Source: Planctomycetota bacterium
Lineage (GTDB): Bacteria; Planctomycetota; SZUA-567; H5-PLA8
Reading direction: 5' to 3'
DNA length: 64,000 nucleotides
Assembly (NCBI GenBank): GCA_038227875.1
Contig: JBBRPR010000004.1
Coordinates: 64,001-128,000, forward strand
Shown: positions 32,797-43,175 of the stretch, in pieces
Position numbering within the stretch: position 1 is the stretch's first letter
Layout of the letters: the number at the start of each line of letters is the position of its first letter
Notes under the pieces: generated by a model
The model's database searches: none
Seen by the model: only the letters and a program-made list of their open reading frames with translations
What the model was told of the DNA's origin: nothing
Translations under genes and position numbers: made by a program

Positions 32797-32871
32797 GATT
32801 TGCCTCGGATGATAAAGAAGCTTAGTGCCCCGGGGCACTAAGCTAAATTTACGATATCTACACTGTGGCGT

Positions 32872-33933
32872 TTACGCGAATTCTTCGCGGCGGATTTCGC
32901 GGCCTTGTTCGGCGGAGCGATAGGCCATCTGCGTCAGCGCGTTGATGGCGAGCGCTTCGCGCGGGGTCGTACCACATCCCGGATCGTTGCCGCGGATGGC
33001 CTGATTGAGCGCGGTGTACGCGTGGTCGCTGCCAGCGGTGCCGTCACGCCACGTGGAGGTGTGGGCCATCTGGCGCCACGGTCCGCCTTTTTCGGCGAAG
33101 TACGTGAAGTAGTTTTCGTCGTCCATCAGGATGCCGCCCTTGGTGCCGAGAATGGTGATCCGGCGCACGGGTTTGTGGTTGGAGATGTTGGCGAAATCGA
33201 ACGTGTACGTCGTCTTCGCCGAGCGCGCGAAAATCGTGGCGTGTTCTTCGACGTCGTAAACGGTGCCGGCGGGGACATCGTGTGGGAAGCCCTGGAAGGT
33301 CGTCGCCGAGACCGTGGTGATCGGCGGCCATCCGGTGAGATTCAAGACCAGGTCCATGAAGTACTGGCCCATGTCCATGAGCATGCCGCCGCCGGCGAGC
33401 TTCTTGTTGGCGAACCAGCGCGCGTCTTTGATGATGTCGACGCCCGGGCGGCCGCGGCTGCGGTAGTGCGTGACATCCACGCGGTAGATGTCGCCGACGT
33501 CGCCGTCCTTAATGTACTGGCGCGCAAGCGCCGCTGAACCCCAGCGCATGCGCGAGCTGAAAAAGATCACGTGCTTGGCGGCCTTGTCGGCGGCGGTGAT
33601 GATCTGCTTGTTCTCTTCGACGTCGAGCGTGCTCGGCTTTTCGCAGGCGACGTGCTTGCCGGCCTGGAGCGCGGCGATGGTGATCGGCGCGTGGAAGGCG
33701 ACGGGCGTGGCGACGGTCACCAGCTCGATGTCGCTGCGCTTCAGCAGTTCGTGGTGGTCGGTGAGGACTTCGGTCTTGTCGAGATTGTATTCCTTCTTGC
33801 GCTTCTCGGCGCGTTCGCGGCTGATGTCGCAGAGCGCCACGACGTTCATACCGAGCGTCTGATACGTCTTCAAGTGTTCGCGGCTGATGTCGCCGCAGCC
33901 GATCAGTCCAACGTTGACGGGTTTATCGCTCAT
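32872..33933 (-). CDS. Gfo/Idh/MocA-family oxidoreductase
   Basis: GLIGCGDI, AGKHVACEKP, GGGMLMDMGQY. Confidence 0.92.
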   Translation of the reverse strand: MSDKPVNVGLIGCGDISREHLKTYQTLGMNVVALCDISRERAEKRKKEYNLDKTEVLTDHHELLKRSDIELVTVATPVAFHAPITIAALQAGKHVACEKPSTLDVEENKQIITAADKAAKHVIFFSSRMRWGSAALARQYIKDGDVGDIYRVDVTHYRSRGRPGVDIIKDARWFANKKLAGGGMLMDMGQYFMDLVLNLTGWPPITTVSATTFQGFPHDVPAGTVYDVEEHATIFARSAKTTYTFDFANISNHKPVRRITILGTKGGILMDDENYFTYFAEKGGPWRQMAHTSTWRDGTAGSDHAYTALNQAIRGNDPGCGTTPREALAINALTQMAYRSAEQGREIRREEFA

Positions 33934-33952
33934 GATTTTTTCAAGCTCCAGG

Positions 33953-34810
33953 TTAGCGGTTGAGGTTGGCAAAGGCGGCTTCGACGACTTCGCGGGCGGA
34001 CTTTAAAGGGGCGAGGAGGTCGCCCTCGCCGATCGATTCAAAAGCGATGCCGCCGGTGTAGCCGGCATCGCGGTAGGATTTCAGCAGGCGCGGAAGGTCG
34101 TCGCCGAAGCCGGCGAGTTTCCCGCCAACTGGCGCACCCTTGATCTTGAGGTGCGATTGCGTGGCCTTCGGCGCGAGCTTGGCGGCACTGACGTAGACTT
34201 TTTCTTTGATCTCGCGGGGCGCGTCGGCGTTCCAGAATTCGCTGGCGGCCCAGTTGCTCGGATCGGGACACGCGGTGAGGCGCTTGCTGCCGAGCGTGTT
34301 GATCAAGTTCAAAATGTCGTCGGCTTCGACGAAGATCGAGTTGTGATTCTCGATCGCCATGTTGACGCCGGCGCGTTCAGCGTACGGGATACATTCGATG
34401 ATGCCTTCGCGTGTCAGCTGCTCGAGCTTTTCGCGCGGGGCCTTGTCGTTGTAGTAGCCGGTGAGCATGCGGATGTTGGGCACGCCGAGAGAGCCTGCGA
34501 TGCCGAGCCATTCTTTAATGTAAGCGATGTTGGCCAGGCGCCACTCTTCGTTGGCGACGAAGGCGAAGTCGTTGTACGTGGAGAGCGAGAGCACCTTCAC
34601 GCCGACCTTGCTGGCGTGGCGCATGACTTTTTCGAGATGCGCGGGTTGGCTGGAGCCGAGATCGCCGGCGGGATTGCCCGCGGCGCCGGCCATGATTTCG
34701 ATGCCGGAAAATCCCATCGCGGCGGTGGCGTCGAGGCAATCGAAGATTGTGAAAGCCGTATCGTTTTTGAAGCGGTCGCGGAAGCTCCAGGAATGCATGG
34801 CGGCGAACAT
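33953..34810 (-). CDS. sugar phosphate isomerase/epimerase (xylose isomerase-like TIM barrel)
   Basis: GFSGIE, AIENH, D.SN, HLK, GYTGGIAFE. Confidence 0.88.
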   Translation of the reverse strand: MFAAMHSWSFRDRFKNDTAFTIFDCLDATAAMGFSGIEIMAGAAGNPAGDLGSSQPAHLEKVMRHASKVGVKVLSLSTYNDFAFVANEEWRLANIAYIKEWLGIAGSLGVPNIRMLTGYYNDKAPREKLEQLTREGIIECIPYAERAGVNMAIENHNSIFVEADDILNLINTLGSKRLTACPDPSNWAASEFWNADAPREIKEKVYVSAAKLAPKATQSHLKIKGAPVGGKLAGFGDDLPRLLKSYRDAGYTGGIAFESIGEGDLLAPLKSAREVVEAAFANLNR

Positions 34811-34947
34811 GGCGCGGGTGGCTCCTTGCGGGACTAGGTTTACCAGAATTTAACAGTCGTCAATCAAAGGACACATGAAAGATACTCCGTCCTACAGTGG
34901 GATTCTGCGGGAAAAACGTACCTTCTATTGATATAAGTTACCAAAAA

Positions 34948-35016
34948 GTCGCCTTAGCGCGCGTTGCGCGCTAAGGCGACAGGGGTTAGTTCGCTCGCAA
35001 ACAGCCGCGAGCGAAC
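34948..35016. repeat. two adjacent strong palindromes in a divergent intergenic region
   Basis: GTCGCCTTAGCGCGC-gtt-GCGCGCTAAGGCGAC and GTTCGCTCGC-N8-GCGAGCGAAC. Confidence 0.7.
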
Positions 35017-35155
35017 CAACGGGGTCAGGGGCCAAGGGTCAGAATAGAGTGTGCGCAGGGAAGGGGTGGGCGGGGTTTTGCTTTTGGGTGGAGTTAAAAA
35101 GAAGTGAAGTTTGGCGAGAAGCTTCGCTCTCGCCTTGAGAATTTTGGGGAGGTAC

Positions 35156-36010
35156 GTGGTGGGCTTCTATGCTTCTCCGTCGGAGCTGGATCGGAAGTGT
35201 TTCTCGCTCGATAGCACGGGGCGTTCGCGGATGGCGCAGGTGCCGGTGCGATTTCGGCGGGATCACGGGTGGCGGTCGTGGCAGTTCATGTACACGCTGC
35301 GCGGGGAAGGTGTGGTGGACATTGAAGGCTCGCCGTTTCACGCGCAGGAGCACACCGTCACGTTGATGCCGCCGGACAAGAGCCACGGGTATCAGCCGGC
35401 GAAAGGATGCAAGCTCTGGGAATACCAATGGATCGAATTCAGTGGCGCGATGTCGGCCGATTTGCTCAACATGTTCGGACTGCTCGGGCGCTCGCACATC
35501 CACGGTTGCCGCGAGGCGTGGCCGGCGGTGGAGGACGTCGTCACGCGGCTGGAGACCGGCGGCAACGCGGCGCTGCATGAAGCGATGGCGCTTTTTCTGC
35601 GCGTGCTGGCGATCGTGGAATGGCGCGTGCGCCCCGAACGGACCCGCACACCGCTGGTGCAGCAGGTCGACCTGGCGGCCAAACGCTTTATCGCCGATCA
35701 CCTCGAGGCGGAGATCGATCTCGACGCGGTCGCGCAGGCGGTGCGGACCAGCCCGCATCACCTCATCCGCGTCTTCAAGCGCAACAATAATCTGACGCCG
35801 ATGGCATATCTGCGACAACTGCGCGCGGAGCGGGCGAAAGTGCTACTATCGCGGGGCGACTTGAGCATCAAGCAGGTCGGGCAGCGCGTGGGGTATCCGG
35901 TGCTGCAGCATTTTTCGCGCATGTTCCGAGCGGAGACGGGTAAGTCGCCGCGCGCGTGGCGTGGCGCTGGCGCGCAGGGGTCAGGGGTGGGGGCAGGCAC
36001 GGTGGAGTAA
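35156..36010 (+). CDS. AraC-family transcriptional regulator
   Basis: GGAGG before GTG; YTLRGEG; SPHHLIRVFK, VGY..QHFSRMFR..G.SP.AWR. Confidence 0.9.
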   Translation: MVGFYASPSELDRKCFSLDSTGRSRMAQVPVRFRRDHGWRSWQFMYTLRGEGVVDIEGSPFHAQEHTVTLMPPDKSHGYQPAKGCKLWEYQWIEFSGAMSADLLNMFGLLGRSHIHGCREAWPAVEDVVTRLETGGNAALHEAMALFLRVLAIVEWRVRPERTRTPLVQQVDLAAKRFIADHLEAEIDLDAVAQAVRTSPHHLIRVFKRNNNLTPMAYLRQLRAERAKVLLSRGDLSIKQVGQRVGYPVLQHFSRMFRAETGKSPRAWRGAGAQGSGVGAGTVE

Positions 36011-36081
36011 GCGGATTTTTTGCGCGGGCGGGCTAGAAGGCAGAAGCAGTCGGCAGGATCGCAGGCGTTGGGAATCGATTC

Positions 36082-36555
36082 ATGGCGGAAGCTGAAAAGT
36101 CAGAGCGGCTACAGTTTTCATTGCTGACAATGTTTGTCGTCGCTCTTCTTGCCGGCGGCGTTCTGGGAATTTCAGTGGCCATATATAAAGTGATTCAGGA
36201 TGACGGCAACGCTGCACAAACACGTCATGCGACCGATAGCGCTTTTCGAGTTGTCGAGCGCTTCATGGAGGCGCATCCAGGCCAGTGGCCTCAATCCTGG
36301 CGCGAACTGGAAACCGTAAAGGATCCAAGCACCGGAAAACCAATGGATTTGTATACTATTCAAAGACGTGTCAAAATTGACTTCACGCTCGGACTTGAAG
36401 ATCTGGAAAAGCAGTCGGAAAGCACTTTCACTGCAATTCAAGCCATTGGTCCCACGTATTCTGATTCGGAGAGCGCCAACCAAGCCAACCAGATCATTGA
36501 GTTGGCGAAGAAGTACGTCAAACTTCAGGCTCATGCGCCAGTATCGCAAAAATAG
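36082..36555 (+). CDS. membrane-anchored hypothetical protein with N-terminal RLQFSL motif
   Basis: RLQFSLLTMFVVALLAGGVLG; lower-GC codon usage than neighbours. Confidence 0.75.
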   Translation: MAEAEKSERLQFSLLTMFVVALLAGGVLGISVAIYKVIQDDGNAAQTRHATDSAFRVVERFMEAHPGQWPQSWRELETVKDPSTGKPMDLYTIQRRVKIDFTLGLEDLEKQSESTFTAIQAIGPTYSDSESANQANQIIELAKKYVKLQAHAPVSQK

Positions 36556-36688
36556 CGTTTGGACGCGCCGGGGTCGTTCCGAAGTCTGGTTTGGGACGCT
36601 AATTACCCGAAATGTGTGCAACGAATGCCGGGGTGCGGGGTCTAAAGTCGCAAATCGTCTGACGGGATTACTAAAAGGGAGCACCATC

Positions 36689-39600
36689 ATGTCAAATTCG
36701 CGAATACCTCTGGTTCTGTTCGTGGCGCTGCTGGCGGGGGCGGCGCGGGGGAACGAAGTCGGGTACGTGGAGGATTTTGCGCTTTCGGCCAACCGCGGGG
36801 ATACGCTCAAGCAGCTCATTCCCGGATCTGAAGATTACTACTATTACACCTGCCTGACGTACCAGCAGACCGGCGCGTTCGACAAGGTCGACGAGCTGCT
36901 CAAGCTGTGGATTGAACGCCACGGGCGCACGGCGCGCGTCGAAGAGATCGTCAACCGCAACGCGCTGCTGGCGTACGAAAAGGACCCGAAGAAGTCGCTC
37001 GACTTTCTGCGCTGGCGGCTGGGCTTGAACTTCGATCACCGCAAGGAAATCATCGACCAGAAGCCCAACCAACCCACGCGCCTGGATCCCGCCGTGATCG
37101 CGAGCGAGACGATGACCCGCGACGCGCTCAATCATTACGGCAACCTGCAGGGCATCGAAGATTCGGCGCTGGAACTGCTTTCGCAGCAGAAGCTGACCGG
37201 CGAACAGCGCCGCGAACTGCTCGGCCGATTGCATCGCCCGGACCTGACCAACATGGTCCAGCTGGTGATGGAAGATTTGCGCTACAAGTACAGCTCGGGT
37301 TTCGGTTCGATGGAAATCCACAGACAGATGACGCTCGCGCAATTGGACGAACTGGTGAAGGCCATGCCGGAGCTGGCCAACCAGGTGAATTTCATCGGCG
37401 CCTACCTGACCAAGCTGCAGCCGACGCCGGACGTCGACGCGCAGTTGAACGCGAAGGAGCGGCTGGCGTGGTTCGACCGCGTCTGGGCGTTTGTGGCGAA
37501 GTTGCAGCCGGCGCACAATTCTCTGAAGGCGCACGTCCTCTTCCACCGCCTGGAATTCGACCGCACGCAGGGCGTGTACGACAAGGACCGCTTCATGGAA
37601 TACCTGAAGCTTCCGCGCCCCACCGCTTACATGCGGCCGGAGTACCTGCAGCGCACGTACCAGATCAATGGCGGCCAGGCGCAGGCGAATTTGAATCAGG
37701 ATTTCTCGGCGTCGACGCTGATGGTCGTGGTCAACACCGACGACGAATTGGTCCGCGATTACCTGCTCCACTTCTTTCAGAAGGAAGAGGACTTCGCGCC
37801 GTACCTGGTCTACGTTCGCGACGATTATATCAAGGATATCTTCGCGGAAGCCAAGATCGTCAACGGCATCGGCGACATGGAGAAGTGGTATTCGCTGCTG
37901 AACAACCCCACGCGCTACCAGGCGCTGAAAGACCGCGTCGACATCGATTTCGCGCCGGAGAACAAGCACTTCTTCACGGCCAACGACGCGGTGAGCCTCG
38001 ACGCCGACGTCAAGAACGTGAAGACGCTGATCGTGAAAGTGTTTGAAATCAACGCGCTCAATTATTACCGCGAGAAGAACCGCGAAGTCGACACGTCCAT
38101 TAATCTCGACGGACTGGTCGCCAACGACGAGAAGACCTTTACCTACGACGAAGCGCCGCTCCATCGCGTGCGCCGCCATTTCGATTTTCCGACGCTGAAG
38201 AAGCCCGGCGTGTACGTCGTAGAATTCATCGGCAACGGCACCAGCAGCCGCGCGCTGATCCACAAGGGGAAGCTGCGATTCATCGAGCACACCGGCACGG
38301 CCGGGCACGTCTTCAGCGTGATGGATGAAGAGAACAAGCCGGTGAAGGACGCCAGCATCTGGATGGCCGGGCGGGATTACACGGCCGACAAGGACGGCGA
38401 GATCCACATTCCCTTCAGCACCGCGCCGGGACAGCAGACGATCGTGCTGCATCAGGGCGAGTTTGCGAGCTTCGACACGTTCGACCACAAGGGCGAAGTC
38501 TACACTCTGAACGCCGGGTTCCACGTCGACCGCGAAGCGCTGCTCAAGCGGCAGAAAGCCAGCGTGCTGGTGCGGCCGGAGCTGACGCTGACGGGCAATC
38601 TCGCCACGGTGGGATTGCTGGAAGAAGTGACGTTGCAGATCCAGACGACCGATCGCGATGGCGTGGGGACGACCAAGGAAATTCCCGACTTCAAGCTTTT
38701 TGACGACAAGGAATCGGTCTACGAATTCTCGACGCCCGACAACATCATCCAGATCGGCTTCACACTGCGGGCACGGGTGAAGAGCCTGACGCTGCAGAAG
38801 AAGATCGACCTGGCCACGTCGCGTACGTTCGGCCTCAACCGCATTGACCTGTCGGAGAAGATCGAAGCACTGCATCTCAATCGCACGGCTGACGGGTACT
38901 TCCTGCAGCTGCTGGGCAAGACCGGCGAGACCAAGGCCGACCGGCCCGTGTCGCTGAACTTCAAGCACGTCGATTTCCGCGAACCAGCGCACGCGGCGCT
39001 GCAGACCGATGCCGACGGCAAGATCGTGCTGGGCCAGCTGCCCGACATTATGCTCGTGAGCGCCACGCTGCAGGACGGGCAGGCGTACTCGTGGATCCTG
39101 CCGCGCGACAATCACAATTATCTTTCGACCGTGCACGGCAAGCCCGCGCAGGCGATCCATCTGCCGTACATGGGCAGCGAAAAAGCGCCGACGCGCGCGG
39201 AGTTCTCGCTGCTGGAGCTGCGCGGTTCGCAGGCCGACGGCACGGGTACGTTTGTGCGCGATTGCTTCGAGAATCTGGCGATCGCCGACGGCTTCGTGGA
39301 GATCAAGGGCCTGACGGCCGGCGACTACTCGCTGCTGCTGAAGAAAGCCAACGAGCTCGTGTTGATCCGCATCACTGATGGCGAAATCCGCGACGGCTAC
39401 GCGCTGGGCGACGTCCGCACGCTGGAAATCAACAACGCCGAACCGCTCCAGATCACCAGTGTCGACGCCAACGCCGACACGCTCAAGGTTCAGCTCAAGA
39501 ACGTGACGAAGTACACGCGCGTGCATGTCGTCGCCGACCGCTTTCTGCCGGCGTATTCGATCTTCACGCAGCTCTCGACGCCCGGCCTGCAGGAACCGGA

Positions 39601-42600
39601 GAGCGTGGTCTGGACGAAGATGATTTCGCATTACCTGACCGGCCGCAACATTGGCGATGAGTACCGTTACATTCTGGAACGGCGCTACGCGCCGAAGTTC
39701 GCCGGCAACATGCTGGCGCGGCCGAACCTGCTGCTCAATCCGTTCACGCTGCGCACGACCGACACGGCGCAGGACGATCTGAACGGCCAGGGCAATTTCG
39801 GTTCGCGTTCCGGCGGCGGACGGCGAGCGATGATCACGCGCCACGGTGGAACCCGCGCCGACGAGACCGATTCGGCGCCGTGGGCGAATCTGGATTTCCT
39901 GCCCGAGCCGTCGACGCTGCTGGCCAATCTGGTGCCGGACAAGGACGGCGTGGTGAACATTTCGCGCAAGGACCTCGGCGCGCACCAGAACGTCCGCATC
40001 GTGGCCGTCGACACGCAGAACACGGTCGTGCGCGACGTCGCGCTGCAGGAAGTTGCGCTGAAGCCCAAGGACCTGCGCCTGGCGACGGGCCTGGACCCGG
40101 CCAAGCACTTCACCGAGCAGAAGGAAATCACGCTGCTCAACGCGGGGCAGTCGCTGGTGATGGACGACATCACCACGTCGAGCCTGGAGTCGTTCGACAC
40201 GCTGCGCAAGGTCTATGGACTCTACACGACGCTCAGCCGTGACCCGCGCCTGAGCGAGTTCGCGTTCATTCTGGAATGGCCGAAGCTGAAAGACGACGAG
40301 AAGCGCGCGGCGTATTCCAAGTACGCGTGCCATGAATTGAATTTCTTCATCTACAAGAAAGATCCGGACTTCTTCAAGGCGGCGCTGCTGCCGTACCTGA
40401 AGAACAAGAAAGACAAGACGTTCATGGACCACTACCTGATCGGCGACGACATGACGGCATACACGCAGCCGTGGAATTACGATCGCTTGAACACGGTCGA
40501 ACAGATCCTGCTCGCGCACCGCGTTCAGGCGGAGCTGAATCCGGCCGTGCGCCACGCGAAGGAAATTTACGATCTGATGCCGCCGGACATCGAGCGCTTC
40601 AATTTCCTCTTCAAGACGGCGCTGCAGGGGAATGCGCTTGAGACGGCTGATGGCGTCGGCTTCCGCGAAGCGACGGGGAAGATTGTCGACAACAACCGCA
40701 AGTTGAACGACGCCCGCGATCAATTGAGGGCGAGTAATGAGGAGGGCAAGGCGGATGCTGCGCCCGCCGCCAACGGATTTGCGCTTGGTGGCGCTGCCGG
40801 ACAGCCCAGCAACGGGCCTGCGTCGCCACCGCCCCCGGCCGTTGCCGCCGCGAGACCCGCCGCACCCGCGAAAACCGAGCAGTTGGCCAAAAAGCTGGCT
40901 GACCAACGTTCCGACAAGAATAAGAGCGGCGAATTTAAAGAGCGTGAAAAGTTGAAGGACGCCGCCAAGAAGCCGATGGCGCAGGCGGCTCAAAGAGCTG
41001 CGGAGGCGGACGACGCCAAGGCGGACAAGCAGCAATTGGAGGGCTTGGCCGTCGATCTCGAAAGCCGCGACCAGGCGCAGCAACAGATGCTCTACCGGAA
41101 GCTCGACAAGACCGAGGAGCTTGCTGAGAACAATTACTTCAAGCTGCCGATCGAACAGCAGCTCGCGTCACTGGTGACGGTCAACGCGTTCTGGAAGGAC
41201 TTCGCGGCCAACGCCAACAAGGGACCGTTCCTTTCGGGGAACCTGGCCGAAGCGTCGCGCAACTTCACGGAAATCATGTTCGCGATGTCGGTGCTGGACC
41301 TGCCTTTCGAAGCCGGCAAGCACGCTTCGGAATTCGCGGCGCAGAAGATGACGCTCAACGCCAAGAGCCCGATCGTGGCGTACCACAAGGAGATCAAGGA
41401 AAGTCCCGCGGCGGAGAAGACGCCGGTGCTGGTCAGCCAGAATTTCTACCGCGCCGACGACCGCTTCCGCTTCGAGAACAACGAACGCTTCGACAAGTAC
41501 GTCACCGACGAATTCCTGGTGCATGTCGTCTACGGCTGCCAGGTGGTGCTGACCAATCCGACGTCCTCACCGCAGAAACTGGATCTGCTGCTGCAGATCC
41601 CGCGCGGAGCGATGCCGGCGACCAACGGTTTTTACACCAAGGGGCCGTTCGTGCAGTTGGCGCCGTATTCGACGACGACGTTCGATTACCACTTCTACTT
41701 CCCGCTGCCGGGCGAGTTCACGCACTATCCCGTCCACGTTTCACGCAACGGCAAGATGATCGCGTCGGCCGCGCCGGTGATTTTGAAGGCCGTCGCCAAG
41801 CTGACGAAGATCGACACCGAGTCGTGGGATTACATCTCGCAGAACGGCACGGACGAGCAGGTGATCACCTACCTGGATGCCAACAACATCCACCGCATCA
41901 ATCTCGATCGCATCGCCTGGCGCATGGGCAACGCGGCGATGTTCAAGAAGGTCACCGAGCTGCTGACCCGCCGCCACGATTACAACAATACGCTCTGGTC
42001 GTACGCGATCGTGCACAACGACGTCCCGGCGATCCGTGAATTCCTGGCGCACGCCGATGGCTTCGTGGCGCAGACGGGGCTGTGGCTGGAAAGTCCGCTG
42101 CTGGCGATCGATCCGGTGGCGCGCAATTTCTATCAGCACCTGGAGTACAGCCCGCTGGTCAACGCGCGCGCACACCGGCTGGGCAAAGAGAACAAGATCC
42201 TCAACGACCGATTCTACGAGCAGTACGAACGGATCCTGCATGTCCTGAAGTACAAGCCGGAACTCAGCGACGCCGACCGGCTCTCGGTCTCCTGCTACAT
42301 GCTGCTGCAGGACCGCGTCGCCGACGGACTGGCGATGTTCGCGAAGGTCAATCCGGAAAAGATCGCGACGAAGATCCAGTACGATTACGTAAAGGCGTTC
42401 GGCGACTTCTATTCCGACGAACACAAGACGGCGCGCGAAGTGGCGGCGACGTACAAGGACTATCCGATCGACCGCTGGAAGAACCGCTTCGCCGATATCG
42501 TCGCGCAGCTGGACGAAGCGGCGGGCAAGAACGCCGTGGCCATCGACAAGGAAGACCGGACGCAGGCGATGGGCCAGCTGGCGGCCGGCGAGCCGAGCTT

Positions 42601-43165
42601 TGAGTTCAAGATCGACGGCAAGAAGGTGCACGTGAACTTCCAGAACCTGCAGGGTGCCGAGGTCAATTTCTACCCGATGGACATCGAGCTGCTCTTCTCG
42701 AGCAACCCGTTTGTGCATGACGTCAACGATCAGTTCTCGTTCGTGAAGCCGGTGAAGACTACGACGCTGAAGTTCCCGGAGAAGACGAAGGAGTTCGAAT
42801 TCGACGTGCCGCCAGAGTTCCTCAATTCGAACGTGATGATCGAGCTGAATGCCGCCGGCACGCGGAAGTCGCAGGCGTATTACGCCAACGCGATGACCGT
42901 GCAGACGATTGAGAACTACGGGCAGGTCAAGGTCGTCAACCCAAAGACCGAGGCGCCGATGCCGAAGGTGTACGTGAAGGTTTACAGCAAGATGAAGGAC
43001 GGCGAGGTGCGCTTCTACAAGGACGGCTACACGGACCTGCGCGGCCGCTTCGATTACGCGTCGCTGAGTACCAACGAACTGGACAACGTAGCGCGGTTTG
43101 CGGTGCTGGTGATGAGCGACACCGACGGCGCGATCGTGCGCGAGGCGAATCCGCCGAAGCGGTAA
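36689..43165 (+). CDS. very large secreted hypothetical protein (2158 aa), macroglobulin-like domain pattern
   Basis: signal peptide MSNSRIPLVLFVALLAGAARG; strong codon bias; repeated TD.DG motifs; YFP.PG.F..YP; C-terminal VYVKVY..FYKDGYTDLRGRFDY. Confidence 0.85.
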   Translation: MSNSRIPLVLFVALLAGAARGNEVGYVEDFALSANRGDTLKQLIPGSEDYYYYTCLTYQQTGAFDKVDELLKLWIERHGRTARVEEIVNRNALLAYEKDPKKSLDFLRWRLGLNFDHRKEIIDQKPNQPTRLDPAVIASETMTRDALNHYGNLQGIEDSALELLSQQKLTGEQRRELLGRLHRPDLTNMVQLVMEDLRYKYSSGFGSMEIHRQMTLAQLDELVKAMPELANQVNFIGAYLTKLQPTPDVDAQLNAKERLAWFDRVWAFVAKLQPAHNSLKAHVLFHRLEFDRTQGVYDKDRFMEYLKLPRPTAYMRPEYLQRTYQINGGQAQANLNQDFSASTLMVVVNTDDELVRDYLLHFFQKEEDFAPYLVYVRDDYIKDIFAEAKIVNGIGDMEKWYSLLNNPTRYQALKDRVDIDFAPENKHFFTANDAVSLDADVKNVKTLIVKVFEINALNYYREKNREVDTSINLDGLVANDEKTFTYDEAPLHRVRRHFDFPTLKKPGVYVVEFIGNGTSSRALIHKGKLRFIEHTGTAGHVFSVMDEENKPVKDASIWMAGRDYTADKDGEIHIPFSTAPGQQTIVLHQGEFASFDTFDHKGEVYTLNAGFHVDREALLKRQKASVLVRPELTLTGNLATVGLLEEVTLQIQTTDRDGVGTTKEIPDFKLFDDKESVYEFSTPDNIIQIGFTLRARVKSLTLQKKIDLATSRTFGLNRIDLSEKIEALHLNRTADGYFLQLLGKTGETKADRPVSLNFKHVDFREPAHAALQTDADGKIVLGQLPDIMLVSATLQDGQAYSWILPRDNHNYLSTVHGKPAQAIHLPYMGSEKAPTRAEFSLLELRGSQADGTGTFVRDCFENLAIADGFVEIKGLTAGDYSLLLKKANELVLIRITDGEIRDGYALGDVRTLEINNAEPLQITSVDANADTLKVQLKNVTKYTRVHVVADRFLPAYSIFTQLSTPGLQEPESVVWTKMISHYLTGRNIGDEYRYILERRYAPKFAGNMLARPNLLLNPFTLRTTDTAQDDLNGQGNFGSRSGGGRRAMITRHGGTRADETDSAPWANLDFLPEPSTLLANLVPDKDGVVNISRKDLGAHQNVRIVAVDTQNTVVRDVALQEVALKPKDLRLATGLDPAKHFTEQKEITLLNAGQSLVMDDITTSSLESFDTLRKVYGLYTTLSRDPRLSEFAFILEWPKLKDDEKRAAYSKYACHELNFFIYKKDPDFFKAALLPYLKNKKDKTFMDHYLIGDDMTAYTQPWNYDRLNTVEQILLAHRVQAELNPAVRHAKEIYDLMPPDIERFNFLFKTALQGNALETADGVGFREATGKIVDNNRKLNDARDQLRASNEEGKADAAPAANGFALGGAAGQPSNGPASPPPPAVAAARPAAPAKTEQLAKKLADQRSDKNKSGEFKEREKLKDAAKKPMAQAAQRAAEADDAKADKQQLEGLAVDLESRDQAQQQMLYRKLDKTEELAENNYFKLPIEQQLASLVTVNAFWKDFAANANKGPFLSGNLAEASRNFTEIMFAMSVLDLPFEAGKHASEFAAQKMTLNAKSPIVAYHKEIKESPAAEKTPVLVSQNFYRADDRFRFENNERFDKYVTDEFLVHVVYGCQVVLTNPTSSPQKLDLLLQIPRGAMPATNGFYTKGPFVQLAPYSTTTFDYHFYFPLPGEFTHYPVHVSRNGKMIASAAPVILKAVAKLTKIDTESWDYISQNGTDEQVITYLDANNIHRINLDRIAWRMGNAAMFKKVTELLTRRHDYNNTLWSYAIVHNDVPAIREFLAHADGFVAQTGLWLESPLLAIDPVARNFYQHLEYSPLVNARAHRLGKENKILNDRFYEQYERILHVLKYKPELSDADRLSVSCYMLLQDRVADGLAMFAKVNPEKIATKIQYDYVKAFGDFYSDEHKTAREVAATYKDYPIDRWKNRFADIVAQLDEAAGKNAVAIDKEDRTQAMGQLAAGEPSFEFKIDGKKVHVNFQNLQGAEVNFYPMDIELLFSSNPFVHDVNDQFSFVKPVKTTTLKFPEKTKEFEFDVPPEFLNSNVMIELNAAGTRKSQAYYANAMTVQTIENYGQVKVVNPKTEAPMPKVYVKVYSKMKDGEVRFYKDGYTDLRGRFDYASLSTNELDNVARFAVLVMSDTDGAIVREANPPKR

Positions 43166-43175
43166 GCGACACCTT

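Noticed and set aside
36692..41083. 1463-aa antisense ORF, and many other long antisense/alternate-frame ORFs (e.g. 22974..24809, 610..1719, 61576..63012)
   Set aside because: Shadow frames of strongly codon-biased GC-rich genes; no motifs, RBS or plausible composition.
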